Positions 18,501 to 26,769 of a stretch of DNA of 64,000 nt are shown here, piece by piece. The notes beneath the pieces are model-generated. The model had not been told where the DNA came from. It searched no databases and saw nothing but the letters and a program-made list of their open reading frames with translations. Every line of letters starts with the position of its first letter. Positions within the stretch are counted from its first letter, which is position 1. A program made the position numbers and the translations under genes. Source of the DNA: Candidatus Altiarchaeota archaeon (lineage in GTDB: Archaea > Altiarchaeota > Altiarchaeia > IMC4 > SCGC-AAA252-I15); assembly GCA_043813075.1 (NCBI GenBank), contig JBDRLL010000033.1:1-64000 (forward strand), given 5' to 3'.

Positions 18501-21073
18501 TTGACGGTAGGACGGAGGTATATGACTCCAGGACCGAAGTCGCGCAAGGGCTCACTGAGATGAGGCAGTTGGGCATTAAATTCAGTTACACGCCTGTCGT
18601 TGAGATGGGTGGTGAAGGCGGTAAAGAGAGGCGTGTCGTCACCACAGACCCGTGGACTTCCTACGCGTGCCAGACTGGTTCAAGCTTGATTTTGGAGGAT
18701 GCGCAGAGGATATGCGCGGATACCGGCTCGCTTCCCAGAGCATTCACGGACGGTGTTCTCGCGGGAGCTAGGAGGAGGGCGGGAAACACGGAGCCGGCAG
18801 GCCCGGAACTCCAGGCCAGCTTCCATGGAGGGATGTGCGAGCTGGCGCAACGTGTCAAGCCCATCGAGGGCTCCCTTAAGGTGGATCTGCTGGACTGGAT
18901 TAGGTATGGCAACACGCACGCCCAGGTGGTTATGGATGCATTGGTAGCGGACCCGACTGCTCCAATAGCGGAAAACCTTGAGTCCAACTACTATAGTAAA
19001 GCAGAGCAGTTGGGGAAAGCGGTCGAAGGCCTGCGTAGGGTACGCAACGACTATCCCATAGACGCTGCATCACTTGAGCCTGTGGTGTTAACCCAGACGC
19101 CGGAGGCTTGCGCAGCATTCATGAAGAGTCTGGAGCCGTTGGCTGATGACGAGAGGGGTAAGAGGCCGGAGCCTCTCCACGTTATTGCAGCCACTGCGTT
19201 AGTCAGCCCGATAGTCTCGGCGGGGGCTGACTTCACTGGAGTGACCGGTGAGGTGGGGAAGATACTGCAGGAGACTACAGGCAACCCGTTGAGCATGCTG
19301 GTGACAGGATTAAAGCCGCTTGTAGAGGATGGGACGGTACATGACTTGGAGACTCTAGGCGCCTACGGTCACGCGTTGGCGAGAGTAACCCAGGTGAACG
19401 CTTCCAGCCAGGCGATGGAGATGGCGCTCACCCGCATCACGCCAAGGTATGAGGGGACCGAAGCACTGCCGCCCAGAAGTGTTGCAGAGGAGTGTGAAGT
19501 CTTCTGCGGATATCTCGGAGACTTTGGGCCGTCCAATATCCCGAGGCTCTACGAGACTTACCGCGGCATTAGGATGGGTGCGGAGCCGAGTGAAGATGCG
19601 AAGGCTGCTGGCCTGACCAAGACCGGTGATCAGGGTGTGAGGCAGCTGAAGGCTTTGGAGGCGAGGGCGAGGAAGAAGCTGTTGGGCGACGACAGGAGCG
19701 TGCAGGTTGAAAGCCAGCTGGAGGCTGACATCATGACTTCGATGCTGAAGATCGAGACCAGCGACTGGGCGAGGGGTACGACTCTCGCAGACATACTGGA
19801 GCAGTTGAATGCAGCCATAGCTGACGGGCGTGTGGCGGATGTCCCAAAAGGCTATGATAGGGGGGTAATCAGGGTAGACAAGAAGGATGCCAAGGCGGTG
19901 GCTGAATTCCAGTTCCAGCCGCACGCGCACGAGAAGCTGGAGGATATCAGGGAGGACGTCAGGGCTGTGACAGGCAAGACTGTTGAAGAGGTTGTTGTGG
20001 AGGCGAGGACTGCCATAATCCAGGGCGCTGAAGCCCAGGTAAGGGCGCTTGAGGATTCACTAGCCCAGGCAGACCCTTCAGAGAAAGGATACGCTGGCAG
20101 GAAGAAGGGCTGTGAGATGAGGATACGAAGATACAGGGAACTGGCGGAGAGGGTGAAGGACCAGGATACTGTGGAAGGCTTCGTGGAAACCGTCGCCAGC
20201 TGGGAGGGCAAGAAGGATGACGAAGTGACCACAACCCACCTTAGGAGGGTCCTGATAAGCTACGGCATGTCACAGAAGTCTGATGGCGGCGGAAAATTCA
20301 GGAGGGCTGTCGAGTCCCCGCTCAAGGACGGTATCGAAGACGTGAATGAATTCTACGAGATACTCTTGAGGAAGCACATCCTAGGCCCCAACGACCAGGT
20401 TGAGGGTTATCTGCCGCTTTCAAAAGAAGCGAAAAAGAGGGCGCAGCAGGTGGTTCGCCAGCCCACCATAGAGGAGGAGTTGAGTAGGAGGGAGAACATT
20501 GCTGCTGCAGGGAAGGAGGAGATTCTTGTGGTGCCGTCAAGGGGATTGAGGGGTGAGACCTGCGGCTACTACTCTGACGCATGCTACACGAGCGTGAATG
20601 GCATGCTTGAGGGGCACCCCAACATAGTGCCACTAACGCTTGTGAGAGGCCCTGAGACACCGTCAGAGAGGATTATCGGCGGTGTGCTGGTGATAGAGGC
20701 TCAGACAGCTGAGAGAAGGGGTCTTGGAGGGGAAGTGATCCCATCAGAAAAGGTTCTGGTGCTGAGGGCAGTGAACCCGCAGGAGACTGCCATCAGGGCG
20801 CTCAAGGCGGACAGTTTCATGGAAGAATTCATTGACGGGTATGTCGTCCCAACTGCACGTAAGAGGGGTGCTATGAGGATACTCGTAGCCAAGAGCGCTG
20901 CTGGCGCTTCCATGACCAACAGGCCAAGCATAGCGGACTACGTGAACGGGGAGGGAAGTCCATACGAGAGCGCTGAGGTGATACCGCTCGCTGATGAGCC
21001 TCCGAGCACATTCAACGGCTATGACATAAGAGGCAAGTGCGTGCTGGTGAGAGACCTTGCTAAATCAGCATAG
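15557..21073 (+). CDS. Very large hypothetical protein (1838 aa), mostly helical with an alpha/beta C-terminal domain
   Basis: 5.5-kb uninterrupted ORF with host-like codon style. No signal peptide or TM segment seen. Confidence 0.85.
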   Translation: MGKVVHHPRHPDARGKVVLQEDGEHLTIRFNEELLGANTHLLGRLHDATGHTALKKLGSDSVKKLVTVLDSERAHLEETGGNADEKRLVGRALDALVLHLHRIGEGHDLPNHLSSRHFFARESELHNLSVGDMRSRLSAFLSPTRIMDASNPAMHLRAIMTHRPQRSEEDSGFFYDSDIQCFVRDDVEPMLERDDLSARTVRRSISEGRVVTTLTTRSSHVIEFRDGSPVLTAIGGRNCEHLTLDRDGNTTPLLAEIQESIDIHDFGSSPGGRALASRLRHATEHMKWKEKHEAHEQYKRLWKSLGPDERAALETPDAIAGFMGPNLGEGVRRSIVDGMLSRSMSADDVRAVASAECVGMLAAAYSKEGYGVVADNYLDRLASAAPAEKALLGRRGFVEDLRSHLSKATGEDGLMGQVASRVNELVDYVADSSRHHGCRQVFTLHGVSKAYLGDKDMRLDVLEANLPQDERTRAFLIDTGMAASMITESSHREVLVETMSKTTPEIVDRIRGTLVEARLRDGSLTGFGRLVLFRDQESRNAVAACGTVARLGPLAGNAYLNAAVQSLHDKATIYADPDYIALLEASSDEAGQALVHGQHTLVNHWVTNREFWGSQEARAMCGAADYKVMKALIAAHDKWERLPDGFAQAGTALAQGNASEGEIAAWAKAAKGGLQSALMNQGCVANLMSMGSDPNTREPRTKALLSEMGDLVGEKVWSPTGRTSGRRRPRDGGENMGKAIVDTLADDETRRRLMGLPNEEALKNGFSLAVDEKARGRAYCVPAADALQHSEFMPPQMAAMYLGEAKEDLDEHEEASRGSMLRDKALLRLIAEKLPEGVAAHVVKMMGSIHFTRPEELKALLRDAEGPVIPDGLTVEQGGSLLSLQIDVPEGFPVADVKRAVATMCGAEAVAPTDYDGTPIPVTPDKMKSESVSTYMSHMSEKKNDMHFDHDGVGGHLEVVRQATETFTLLGPLGYGYSREDFDGRTEVYDSRTEVAQGLTEMRQLGIKFSYTPVVEMGGEGGKERRVVTTDPWTSYACQTGSSLILEDAQRICADTGSLPRAFTDGVLAGARRRAGNTEPAGPELQASFHGGMCELAQRVKPIEGSLKVDLLDWIRYGNTHAQVVMDALVADPTAPIAENLESNYYSKAEQLGKAVEGLRRVRNDYPIDAASLEPVVLTQTPEACAAFMKSLEPLADDERGKRPEPLHVIAATALVSPIVSAGADFTGVTGEVGKILQETTGNPLSMLVTGLKPLVEDGTVHDLETLGAYGHALARVTQVNASSQAMEMALTRITPRYEGTEALPPRSVAEECEVFCGYLGDFGPSNIPRLYETYRGIRMGAEPSEDAKAAGLTKTGDQGVRQLKALEARARKKLLGDDRSVQVESQLEADIMTSMLKIETSDWARGTTLADILEQLNAAIADGRVADVPKGYDRGVIRVDKKDAKAVAEFQFQPHAHEKLEDIREDVRAVTGKTVEEVVVEARTAIIQGAEAQVRALEDSLAQADPSEKGYAGRKKGCEMRIRRYRELAERVKDQDTVEGFVETVASWEGKKDDEVTTTHLRRVLISYGMSQKSDGGGKFRRAVESPLKDGIEDVNEFYEILLRKHILGPNDQVEGYLPLSKEAKKRAQQVVRQPTIEEELSRRENIAAAGKEEILVVPSRGLRGETCGYYSDACYTSVNGMLEGHPNIVPLTLVRGPETPSERIIGGVLVIEAQTAERRGLGGEVIPSEKVLVLRAVNPQETAIRALKADSFMEEFIDGYVVPTARKRGAMRILVAKSAAGASMTNRPSIADYVNGEGSPYESAEVIPLADEPPSTFNGYDIRGKCVLVRDLAKSA

Positions 21074-21074
21074 A

Positions 21075-21854
21075 TTATCCGACAGTACCTATCCGGAATA
21101 GCCTGCAGTCGTGTTTAGAGCAGATTTTCTCGAGGCTGACATAATCATATTCTGATAGGGTGATTATGAAGTTGTCTAGGTTCCTTGCCATCGGGTAGGG
21201 TAGGTCGGCGCTTAGTGTGAATCTATTTCCTGACTTCTCGCTCATCTCATACACGACCGAAACCAGCCCGCCTTTGGTGACGTCCTTAGCGGAGTTGACT
21301 TTGACTCCGGACGCTAGTGCCGCATACCATGCCCCGAACATTTTCCTGGCCTTCCCTAGCCTCTCATCCATCCCACCCCATAGGGGCTCGCCGAGGAGGC
21401 ATATTATGTCACCGTTTTCCGCCCCTGAGTCCCGGATGGGCTCGTCAAGCAGGAGTTCGCCCAACACGGTGAGGCTGCAGCGCGGTTCCACATCCTCGAA
21501 GAGGGTGTTGCCGCCGAGTAGGGGGATTTTCAATGCGAGTGACTGTTTCTTGAGTGAATCAATCATCTCCCCCAGATCGGCCTTGGGGCCTATTATTGAG
21601 TCCATTGCGAATAGCGGCCTGCCGCCCTTGACGACGACGTCTGTCGCCGCATGAACCAGAGCACTCTTCAAGACCAGGCGCTTGCTGTACGGCCCGTCGA
21701 CGCTCGCAAGGAGGCGGCCTTTGAAGTCCACACATACGGAGTCATCCCAGTCCCTGACACCCATAACCGGGTTGGCCAGCTCGTCCATATCCAGGAGCTT
21801 CTCCCGTATCCACTCTAGGGCTTTAACATACTTCTCAGAGACGTCGTCTGCCAT
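21075..21854 (-). CDS. AIR synthase (PurM/ThiL/HypE/SelD superfamily)-related protein
   Basis: DDS, SVDG, ATDV.VKGG.P, LLGGNT, KDVTKGG motifs. Confidence 0.82.
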   Translation of the reverse strand: MADDVSEKYVKALEWIREKLLDMDELANPVMGVRDWDDSVCVDFKGRLLASVDGPYSKRLVLKSALVHAATDVVVKGGRPLFAMDSIIGPKADLGEMIDSLKKQSLALKIPLLGGNTLFEDVEPRCSLTVLGELLLDEPIRDSGAENGDIICLLGEPLWGGMDERLGKARKMFGAWYAALASGVKVNSAKDVTKGGLVSVVYEMSEKSGNRFTLSADLPYPMARNLDNFIITLSEYDYVSLEKICSKHDCRLFRIGTVG

Positions 21855-22289
21855 TCACACCATCTCCCTCAGCTTGTCAAGACCAGGGCACATCCTGGAG
21901 TCAGTGCAGAACCAGATGCCGTAGAGCCGGTAGAATGGGAATTCACGGCATACAGCCGGCCTGTGCCCGTGCACCCTGCACTTGTCGTCCTTAAGGAAGA
22001 CACAGCGGCCGTTAACCCGCTTCAGGGAGCCTTCCCCATCTACGCTGGCGGAGAAGCCGGTTTCACCCGCGTCCGCGAGCCTCTTAACGTCTTCAGGAGT
22101 AACGGGGGTTATCCTAAAGCGGCAGCAGTTACCACAGCACGTGCACTTGAATTCATGCCTCACACGGCCTAGGAGATAGGCTCGATGCATCTTAGGCAGG
22201 ATTGCCGCTATTACCCCAGCGACCATGAAGACGAGTACCGTTAAGACTGAGAACATGGAGAGAGGGTCGACCATAATAAGATTCTGCAA
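21855..22289 (-). CDS. YkgJ-family CxxCxxCC cysteine-cluster protein with N-terminal TM helix
   Basis: FKCTCCGNCC, CVFL..KC.VH..RP.VCR.FPF. Confidence 0.88.
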   Translation of the reverse strand: MQNLIMVDPLSMFSVLTVLVFMVAGVIAAILPKMHRAYLLGRVRHEFKCTCCGNCCRFRITPVTPEDVKRLADAGETGFSASVDGEGSLKRVNGRCVFLKDDKCRVHGHRPAVCREFPFYRLYGIWFCTDSRMCPGLDKLREMV

Positions 22290-22373
22290 TACAAAATAAA
22301 AAAATCAGGGGGAAAATAGGGCAGTATTTTTAAAGGAAAACAACATAAGATTAAACGCTTTTAATTCCGGGGA

Positions 22374-22784
22374 ATGGTGATGCCAGGTAAAAAAACAGTT
22401 AAAAAAACTAGTAAAAAACCAAAACCTACTTCTAAAAAGAAGTCTCCAGGAAAAACAGGCAACAAGGTTGCTAAGGAAAATACGGCTAAAAAGTCTGTGA
22501 AAAAGAAGTCCACGATGGATAAAAAACCTAAAACCAATGCGAAAACGAAGGCGGCGCCGAAGGCGAAGACTATTAAGTGCTGTAAGCACTGCGTGGACTA
22601 CGAGCACTGCAAGGATAAGGGGGAATGCTGCAACTACTGCGACTTCTACTTCAAGGGCAAGTGCATGTACGAGAAGGAGAAGAACCTGATACCCAAGGAC
22701 CCTTGCGTCATAGAGATGAACGACTATAGGGGAGACGATTTCGGTATAGACGACCACGAAGCCTACGAGTCACTCTACGAGTAG
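22374..22784 (+). CDS. Lys-rich N-terminal / Cys-cluster / acidic-tail small protein
   Basis: 26 Lys in the first 68 aa, then CCKHC...C and CCNYC...C, then an acidic C-terminus. Confidence 0.7.
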   Translation: MVMPGKKTVKKTSKKPKPTSKKKSPGKTGNKVAKENTAKKSVKKKSTMDKKPKTNAKTKAAPKAKTIKCCKHCVDYEHCKDKGECCNYCDFYFKGKCMYEKEKNLIPKDPCVIEMNDYRGDDFGIDDHEAYESLYE

Positions 22785-23581
22785 TTCATGCTGCCTGTGC
22801 GGTAACCTTTAAGGTCCATCGTAACCCGATTGAATCCAAGCCCCAACAGCCTATCAGAGATTATGTCCCTATTATCGTATACTTTATCAAATTCTCCTGG
22901 ATCAACCTCTATTACTGCAACATCGCCTAAACACCTGACCCTCACCTGCCTGACACCTAATGACCTGACCACCGACTCCGCGTCTGAGACCGTGGACAGT
23001 AACTCCCCGGTTATCTCGGTGCCGTATGGGATTCTTGAGGCGAGGCATGCGGTAGACGGCTTGTCGTGGTTTGGGAGTCGGAGAGACTCAGAAAGAGCGC
23101 GCACGTCATCCTTGGTGAACCCAAGTTCTGCTAGGGGGCTTAGAATCCCCATCTCCCTAAGAGCCATGTAGCCGGGCCTGTGTCCTCTAATCTCACTGGC
23201 ATTAGTGCCCTCCACGATTGTCTTGACCCCGTATTCGGCAGCAATCTTACGCATCTTCAAGGCCAGCTCATGCTTACAGTAGTAGCAACGGTCTTCAGGA
23301 TTGGACTTGAAGCCTTCACTAGCCAGCTCGTTGTGGGGGCACAGGATATGATTTATGCCGATGACCCCCGCTATCTCGCCGGCAGAACCGACTTCACTCG
23401 GGTCTGATGTTGGGGATACGAGAGTGACTGCGATTGCCTTTTCACCCAGCGTGTCGTGGGAGACCTTAGCCAGGAGGCTGGAGTCCACACCCCCTGAGAA
23501 CGCTATTATCACCCCATCAAGGCCTTTGAAGAAGTCTGATAGGCGCTGTTTTTTAGCCTTCAAATCCTCTGGCATAAGCAT
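22775..23581 (-). CDS. larE: ATP-dependent sulfur transferase LarE family (TIGR00268)
   Basis: AFSGGVDS PP-loop, RCYYCK, EGTN, RPG, ACLASRIPYG, QVRVR, GYRTGS. Confidence 0.9.
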   Translation of the reverse strand: MLMPEDLKAKKQRLSDFFKGLDGVIIAFSGGVDSSLLAKVSHDTLGEKAIAVTLVSPTSDPSEVGSAGEIAGVIGINHILCPHNELASEGFKSNPEDRCYYCKHELALKMRKIAAEYGVKTIVEGTNASEIRGHRPGYMALREMGILSPLAELGFTKDDVRALSESLRLPNHDKPSTACLASRIPYGTEITGELLSTVSDAESVVRSLGVRQVRVRCLGDVAVIEVDPGEFDKVYDNRDIISDRLLGLGFNRVTMDLKGYRTGSMNYS

Positions 23582-23611
23582 ATATTACCGGTGAAAAACT
23601 ATAAGAATACG

Positions 23612-24877
23612 ATGGTCGAATCGAGGATGCCGGGATTCTACAAGAAGACTGTTGGTGAGCGGAGAAGAGAGGTTGTCGGGCAGGCAGGATTGAGCGGTGA
23701 GGAGGAGGATTGCCTCAAGTCTGGGGGGCTTGACGAGAAGACTTCAGACAGGATGATAGAGAACGTTGTTGGATTGTTCAGCCTGCCGCTTGGAGTTGCG
23801 ACAAACTTCCTGATAAACGGGAGAGACTACCTGATACCCATGGCCACTGAGGAGCCTTCCGTGGTGGCTGCCGCGAGCAATGCCGCCAAGATGGCTCGTG
23901 GCTCGGGCGGTTTCACTGTGGAGTCCGGAGACCAGCTGATGATTGGTCAGATACAGGTTGTTGGTGTTGACCCGGGGGAAGCTGGTGAGAAGGTTTTAGC
24001 TGGTGAGGAAGGTCTGCTGGAGCTCGCAAACCAGCAGGATCCGGTTCTTGTTAAGTTCGGCGGGGGTGCGAGGAGGATAGAGGCGAGAAGTATTGACACG
24101 AAAGAGGGTCCTATGCTGGTAGTCCACGTTATAGTGGATGTCAGGGATGCGATGGGCGCTAACGCAGTCAACACCATGTGTGAGGCGCTTGCACCTGAGA
24201 TAGAATCGTTGACTGGGGGGGAGGCCATACTGAGGATAATATCAAATTATGCGGTGGAAAGGGTTGTTAAGGCGAGTGCATTGTTCCCTGCCGAGAAGTT
24301 GGGGGGTGATCGTGTTGTGGAGAGAATCTTGAAAGCCTATGCTCTTGCTGACGCTGACGTTCACAGGGCGGTCACACACAACAAGGGGATTATGAACGGG
24401 ATAAGCGCGGTTGTCAGGGCGACTGGCAACGACACGCGAGCCGTTGAAGCGGGATGCCACGCCTACGCGTGCCGTGACGGCAGGTACAGGAGCCTAACAA
24501 GGCACATGATAAACGGGGATGGGGACTTGGAGGCGAGTATTGAAGTTCCTATCGCAGTCGGCATAATAGGCGGCGCCACGAAAAGCCATCCGGTAGCCCA
24601 TGCGGCACTGAAGATTATGGGGGTTAAAAGCGCTGGAGAGCTTTCCGGCATAATAGCGGCGGTTGGGCTTGCCCAGAACCTGGCTGCACTGAGGGCTCTG
24701 AGCGATGAGGGCATACAGAAGGGTCATATGGGACTGCACGCTAGAAACATTGCGGTAATGGCAGGTGCTGGAGACGAAATCGTTGATGAGGTTGCTAGAG
24801 AACTTGCCGAATCGGGGACGGTAAGGATGGATAAGGCTAGGGAGATTATTAAAAAGATAAAGGAAAAGTCCGTTTAA
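23612..24877 (+). CDS. mvaA: HMG-CoA reductase, class II
   Basis: ENVVG, ATEEPSVVAA, DAMGAN, THNKGIMNG, GIQKGHM. Start moved to ATG at 23612. Confidence 0.95.
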   Translation: MVESRMPGFYKKTVGERRREVVGQAGLSGEEEDCLKSGGLDEKTSDRMIENVVGLFSLPLGVATNFLINGRDYLIPMATEEPSVVAAASNAAKMARGSGGFTVESGDQLMIGQIQVVGVDPGEAGEKVLAGEEGLLELANQQDPVLVKFGGGARRIEARSIDTKEGPMLVVHVIVDVRDAMGANAVNTMCEALAPEIESLTGGEAILRIISNYAVERVVKASALFPAEKLGGDRVVERILKAYALADADVHRAVTHNKGIMNGISAVVRATGNDTRAVEAGCHAYACRDGRYRSLTRHMINGDGDLEASIEVPIAVGIIGGATKSHPVAHAALKIMGVKSAGELSGIIAAVGLAQNLAALRALSDEGIQKGHMGLHARNIAVMAGAGDEIVDEVARELAESGTVRMDKAREIIKKIKEKSV

Positions 24878-25008
24878 TGCATTAGACCATACTCGTAGCC
24901 TATCTTCATGCCAATCAAGAATGCGGCGCCAACCAGTGTTGAAACCACTATGCCGACCAGCGTGAATTCAAGCTGCATGAAACCTTCCTTGGTTTTAGGT
25001 AGCATCAT
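24874..25008 (-). CDS. Small membrane protein with class III (type IV prepilin-like) signal, 44 aa, absent from ORF track
   Basis: MMLPKTKEG|FMQLEFTLVGIVVSTLVGAAFLIGMKIGYEYGLMH, with AGGTGA RBS immediately upstream. Confidence 0.65.
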   Translation of the reverse strand: MMLPKTKEGFMQLEFTLVGIVVSTLVGAAFLIGMKIGYEYGLMH

Positions 25009-25054
25009 ATCACCTGTTGTTAGATATTATAATCAGTATAAAAAAGGAGTGGAT

Positions 25055-25945
25055 TCATGCCGTCGTGACCTCGCAGCCGTCTGAAGTAACCACTATCGTA
25101 TGCTCGAACTGGCTTACCACACCCTCCTGCCTCTCGTGGAGTGGGGGATATGACTTTAGTATGTCTTCAGCGGAAAGCTTGTTCAACACGATGCCTAGAC
25201 GCAGTGGGCTTATCTCAAGGGAATACCAGCGGGAAGCGAACGGAAGTCCCTCACGGCCATCTATTGCCTTCAGCAGTTTTCTCGCCTCCCTGTCCCTCGT
25301 CGGGCGCTGGCTGATTAATGAGAATATCTCCGCCTTCTTTGACTCCACCACCCTCCCGACACCGTCGGTCGCGAACGGCTCCAAAGCCAAGACCATGCCC
25401 TCCTCTATCACCCAGTCGTAGGGAACCTTGATGTTCGGTACGCTGAGCCCTGCGTGAAGGTCGTACTGCTTTACCTCATGCCCAGTCAGGTTTTCAATCG
25501 GCCGGTATCCTGCTGAAGTTATCCTGGACTGCACTATATCCCCGATGGCGCTGACTGAGAGGCCTGGTTTTACTGCTTCTATTGATTCTGTGAGCGCTAG
25601 TTCGTTGGCTTCAAGCATTTTAGAGTATTCCCCAGTCAAGTCGATAGTGTATGCAGTGTCCGCTATGAATCCGTCGACGTGTACTCCAAGGTCAACTGAA
25701 ACAACATCTTTTTCAGTGAGCACTAACTCGTCGTTGAACCTTGGCGTGTAGTGGGCTGCCACATCATTAACGCATACGTTGACAGGGAACGCGAGCCCTG
25801 CTTTGTTCTCGATTATCCTTGACTCTATGGACTCGGCTATTTCGATGAGTCTTGCGCCCGGCTTGACAAGCTTCCTGCTCCACTCCCTGGCTTCTGAAGC
25901 TATGCGACCAGCCTGTCGGTATGACTCCATATCCTCTGGCTCCAT
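25055..25945 (-). CDS. map: Methionine aminopeptidase type II
   Basis: AFP...N..AAHYTP, DLGVHVDG.IAD.A, NLTGH, EPF, QFEHT. Start moved to ATG at 25945. Confidence 0.96.
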   Translation of the reverse strand: MEPEDMESYRQAGRIASEAREWSRKLVKPGARLIEIAESIESRIIENKAGLAFPVNVCVNDVAAHYTPRFNDELVLTEKDVVSVDLGVHVDGFIADTAYTIDLTGEYSKMLEANELALTESIEAVKPGLSVSAIGDIVQSRITSAGYRPIENLTGHEVKQYDLHAGLSVPNIKVPYDWVIEEGMVLALEPFATDGVGRVVESKKAEIFSLISQRPTRDREARKLLKAIDGREGLPFASRWYSLEISPLRLGIVLNKLSAEDILKSYPPLHERQEGVVSQFEHTIVVTSDGCEVTTA

Positions 25946-26008
25946 TGTTGGGTTAAACTTATTGGCCTGCCCCATTAAAATAAGGTCTAGGGCAATAGAT
26001 AACAATCC

Positions 26009-26572
26009 ATGGCTTTCATAGTGCTTGAGGGCATAGACGGATGCGGCAAGTCGACGCACGCGAGACTGCTCGCGGAATGGCTGGTGAAGGAGGGTCGTGA
26101 TGTTGTCTTGACTGCGGAGCCGACTGACGGGAAGATAGGGGTGTTCATAAGGGAGGTCCTGTCCGGAAGGGAGACTGTCGACCCAAAGACGCTTTCCATG
26201 CTCTTTACTGCAGACCGCTACGAACACCTGCTCAACAGGATAGAGCCGGCGCTGGCTGAAGGAAAGATTGTCGTGTCTGAGAGGTACTATTACTCCACCA
26301 TAGCGTATCAGAGCGCGCAAGGCGTCGACTGGAACTGGCTCTTTGAGATAAACAAGTTCGCTAGGAAACCTGACTTAACCATACTCTTGGATGTTAAGCC
26401 GGATGAGGGAGCCTCAAGGACGGACACCAACGAGATATTTGAGAAAAGCGAGTTTCTCGCGGAAGTCAGGGACAACTACCTCAAGTTCCAGGACGTCTCT
26501 ATGGTGGAGACGCGCAGGCCTACGGGTGAAGTGCAGGATAGGATAAGGAGCATAGTGTCTGATATGATGTGA
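26009..26572 (+). CDS. tmk: Thymidylate kinase
   Basis: EGIDGCGKST, FTADR.EH, ERY..ST.AYQ. Confidence 0.95.
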   Translation: MAFIVLEGIDGCGKSTHARLLAEWLVKEGRDVVLTAEPTDGKIGVFIREVLSGRETVDPKTLSMLFTADRYEHLLNRIEPALAEGKIVVSERYYYSTIAYQSAQGVDWNWLFEINKFARKPDLTILLDVKPDEGASRTDTNEIFEKSEFLAEVRDNYLKFQDVSMVETRRPTGEVQDRIRSIVSDMM

Positions 26573-26606
26573 TGAATGCTGTCGTGACTTTTCCTGGTGC
26601 ATTCCA

Positions 26607-26723
26607 TCAGAGTATGTAGATGTATGCTAATATGGCCACGAAGACTACGGTCAGGAGAATCATGGTCTGGTTGTCTTTCTTGAGTGATTCTCTGTCGTCA
26701 ACTGGTTTTTCTGGTTCTCCCAT
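26607..26723 (-). CDS. Small tail-anchored membrane protein (38 aa)
   Basis: GGTGA RBS 4 nt before ATG. Charged N-terminus and C-terminal TM helix. Confidence 0.55.
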   Translation of the reverse strand: MGEPEKPVDDRESLKKDNQTMILLTVVFVAILAYIYIL

Positions 26724-26769
26724 GGTATCACCGTTTAATGATTTTTCTTTATCAAATATAAATCGATTT

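Noticed and set aside
15521-21074. Giant ORF as an integrated mobile element
   Set aside because: No integrase, transposase, terminal repeats or target duplication, and composition resembles the flanks.
21852-21857. In-frame TGA directly before the ATG of a SelD-superfamily gene (possible selenocysteine read-through fusion)
   Set aside because: The context (REMV*MADD) does not match the SelD Sec/Cys motif and no SECIS was seen. Similar stop-start abutments occur at 526/527 and 3394/3393, so this is ordinary coupling.
22290-22330. Recurring T-tract/CCCCTGA-like words in several intergenic regions (also ~47390, ~54290, ~62425)
   Set aside because: Short and low-complexity, and consistent with terminator or RBS composition. 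Cannot be distinguished from chance by eye.
25946-26320. Long N-terminal extensions in the ORF track (map, also HD protein, ino1, mptE)
   Set aside because: The extensions overlap divergent genes and homology begins at downstream ATGs. They are longest-ORF artefacts.
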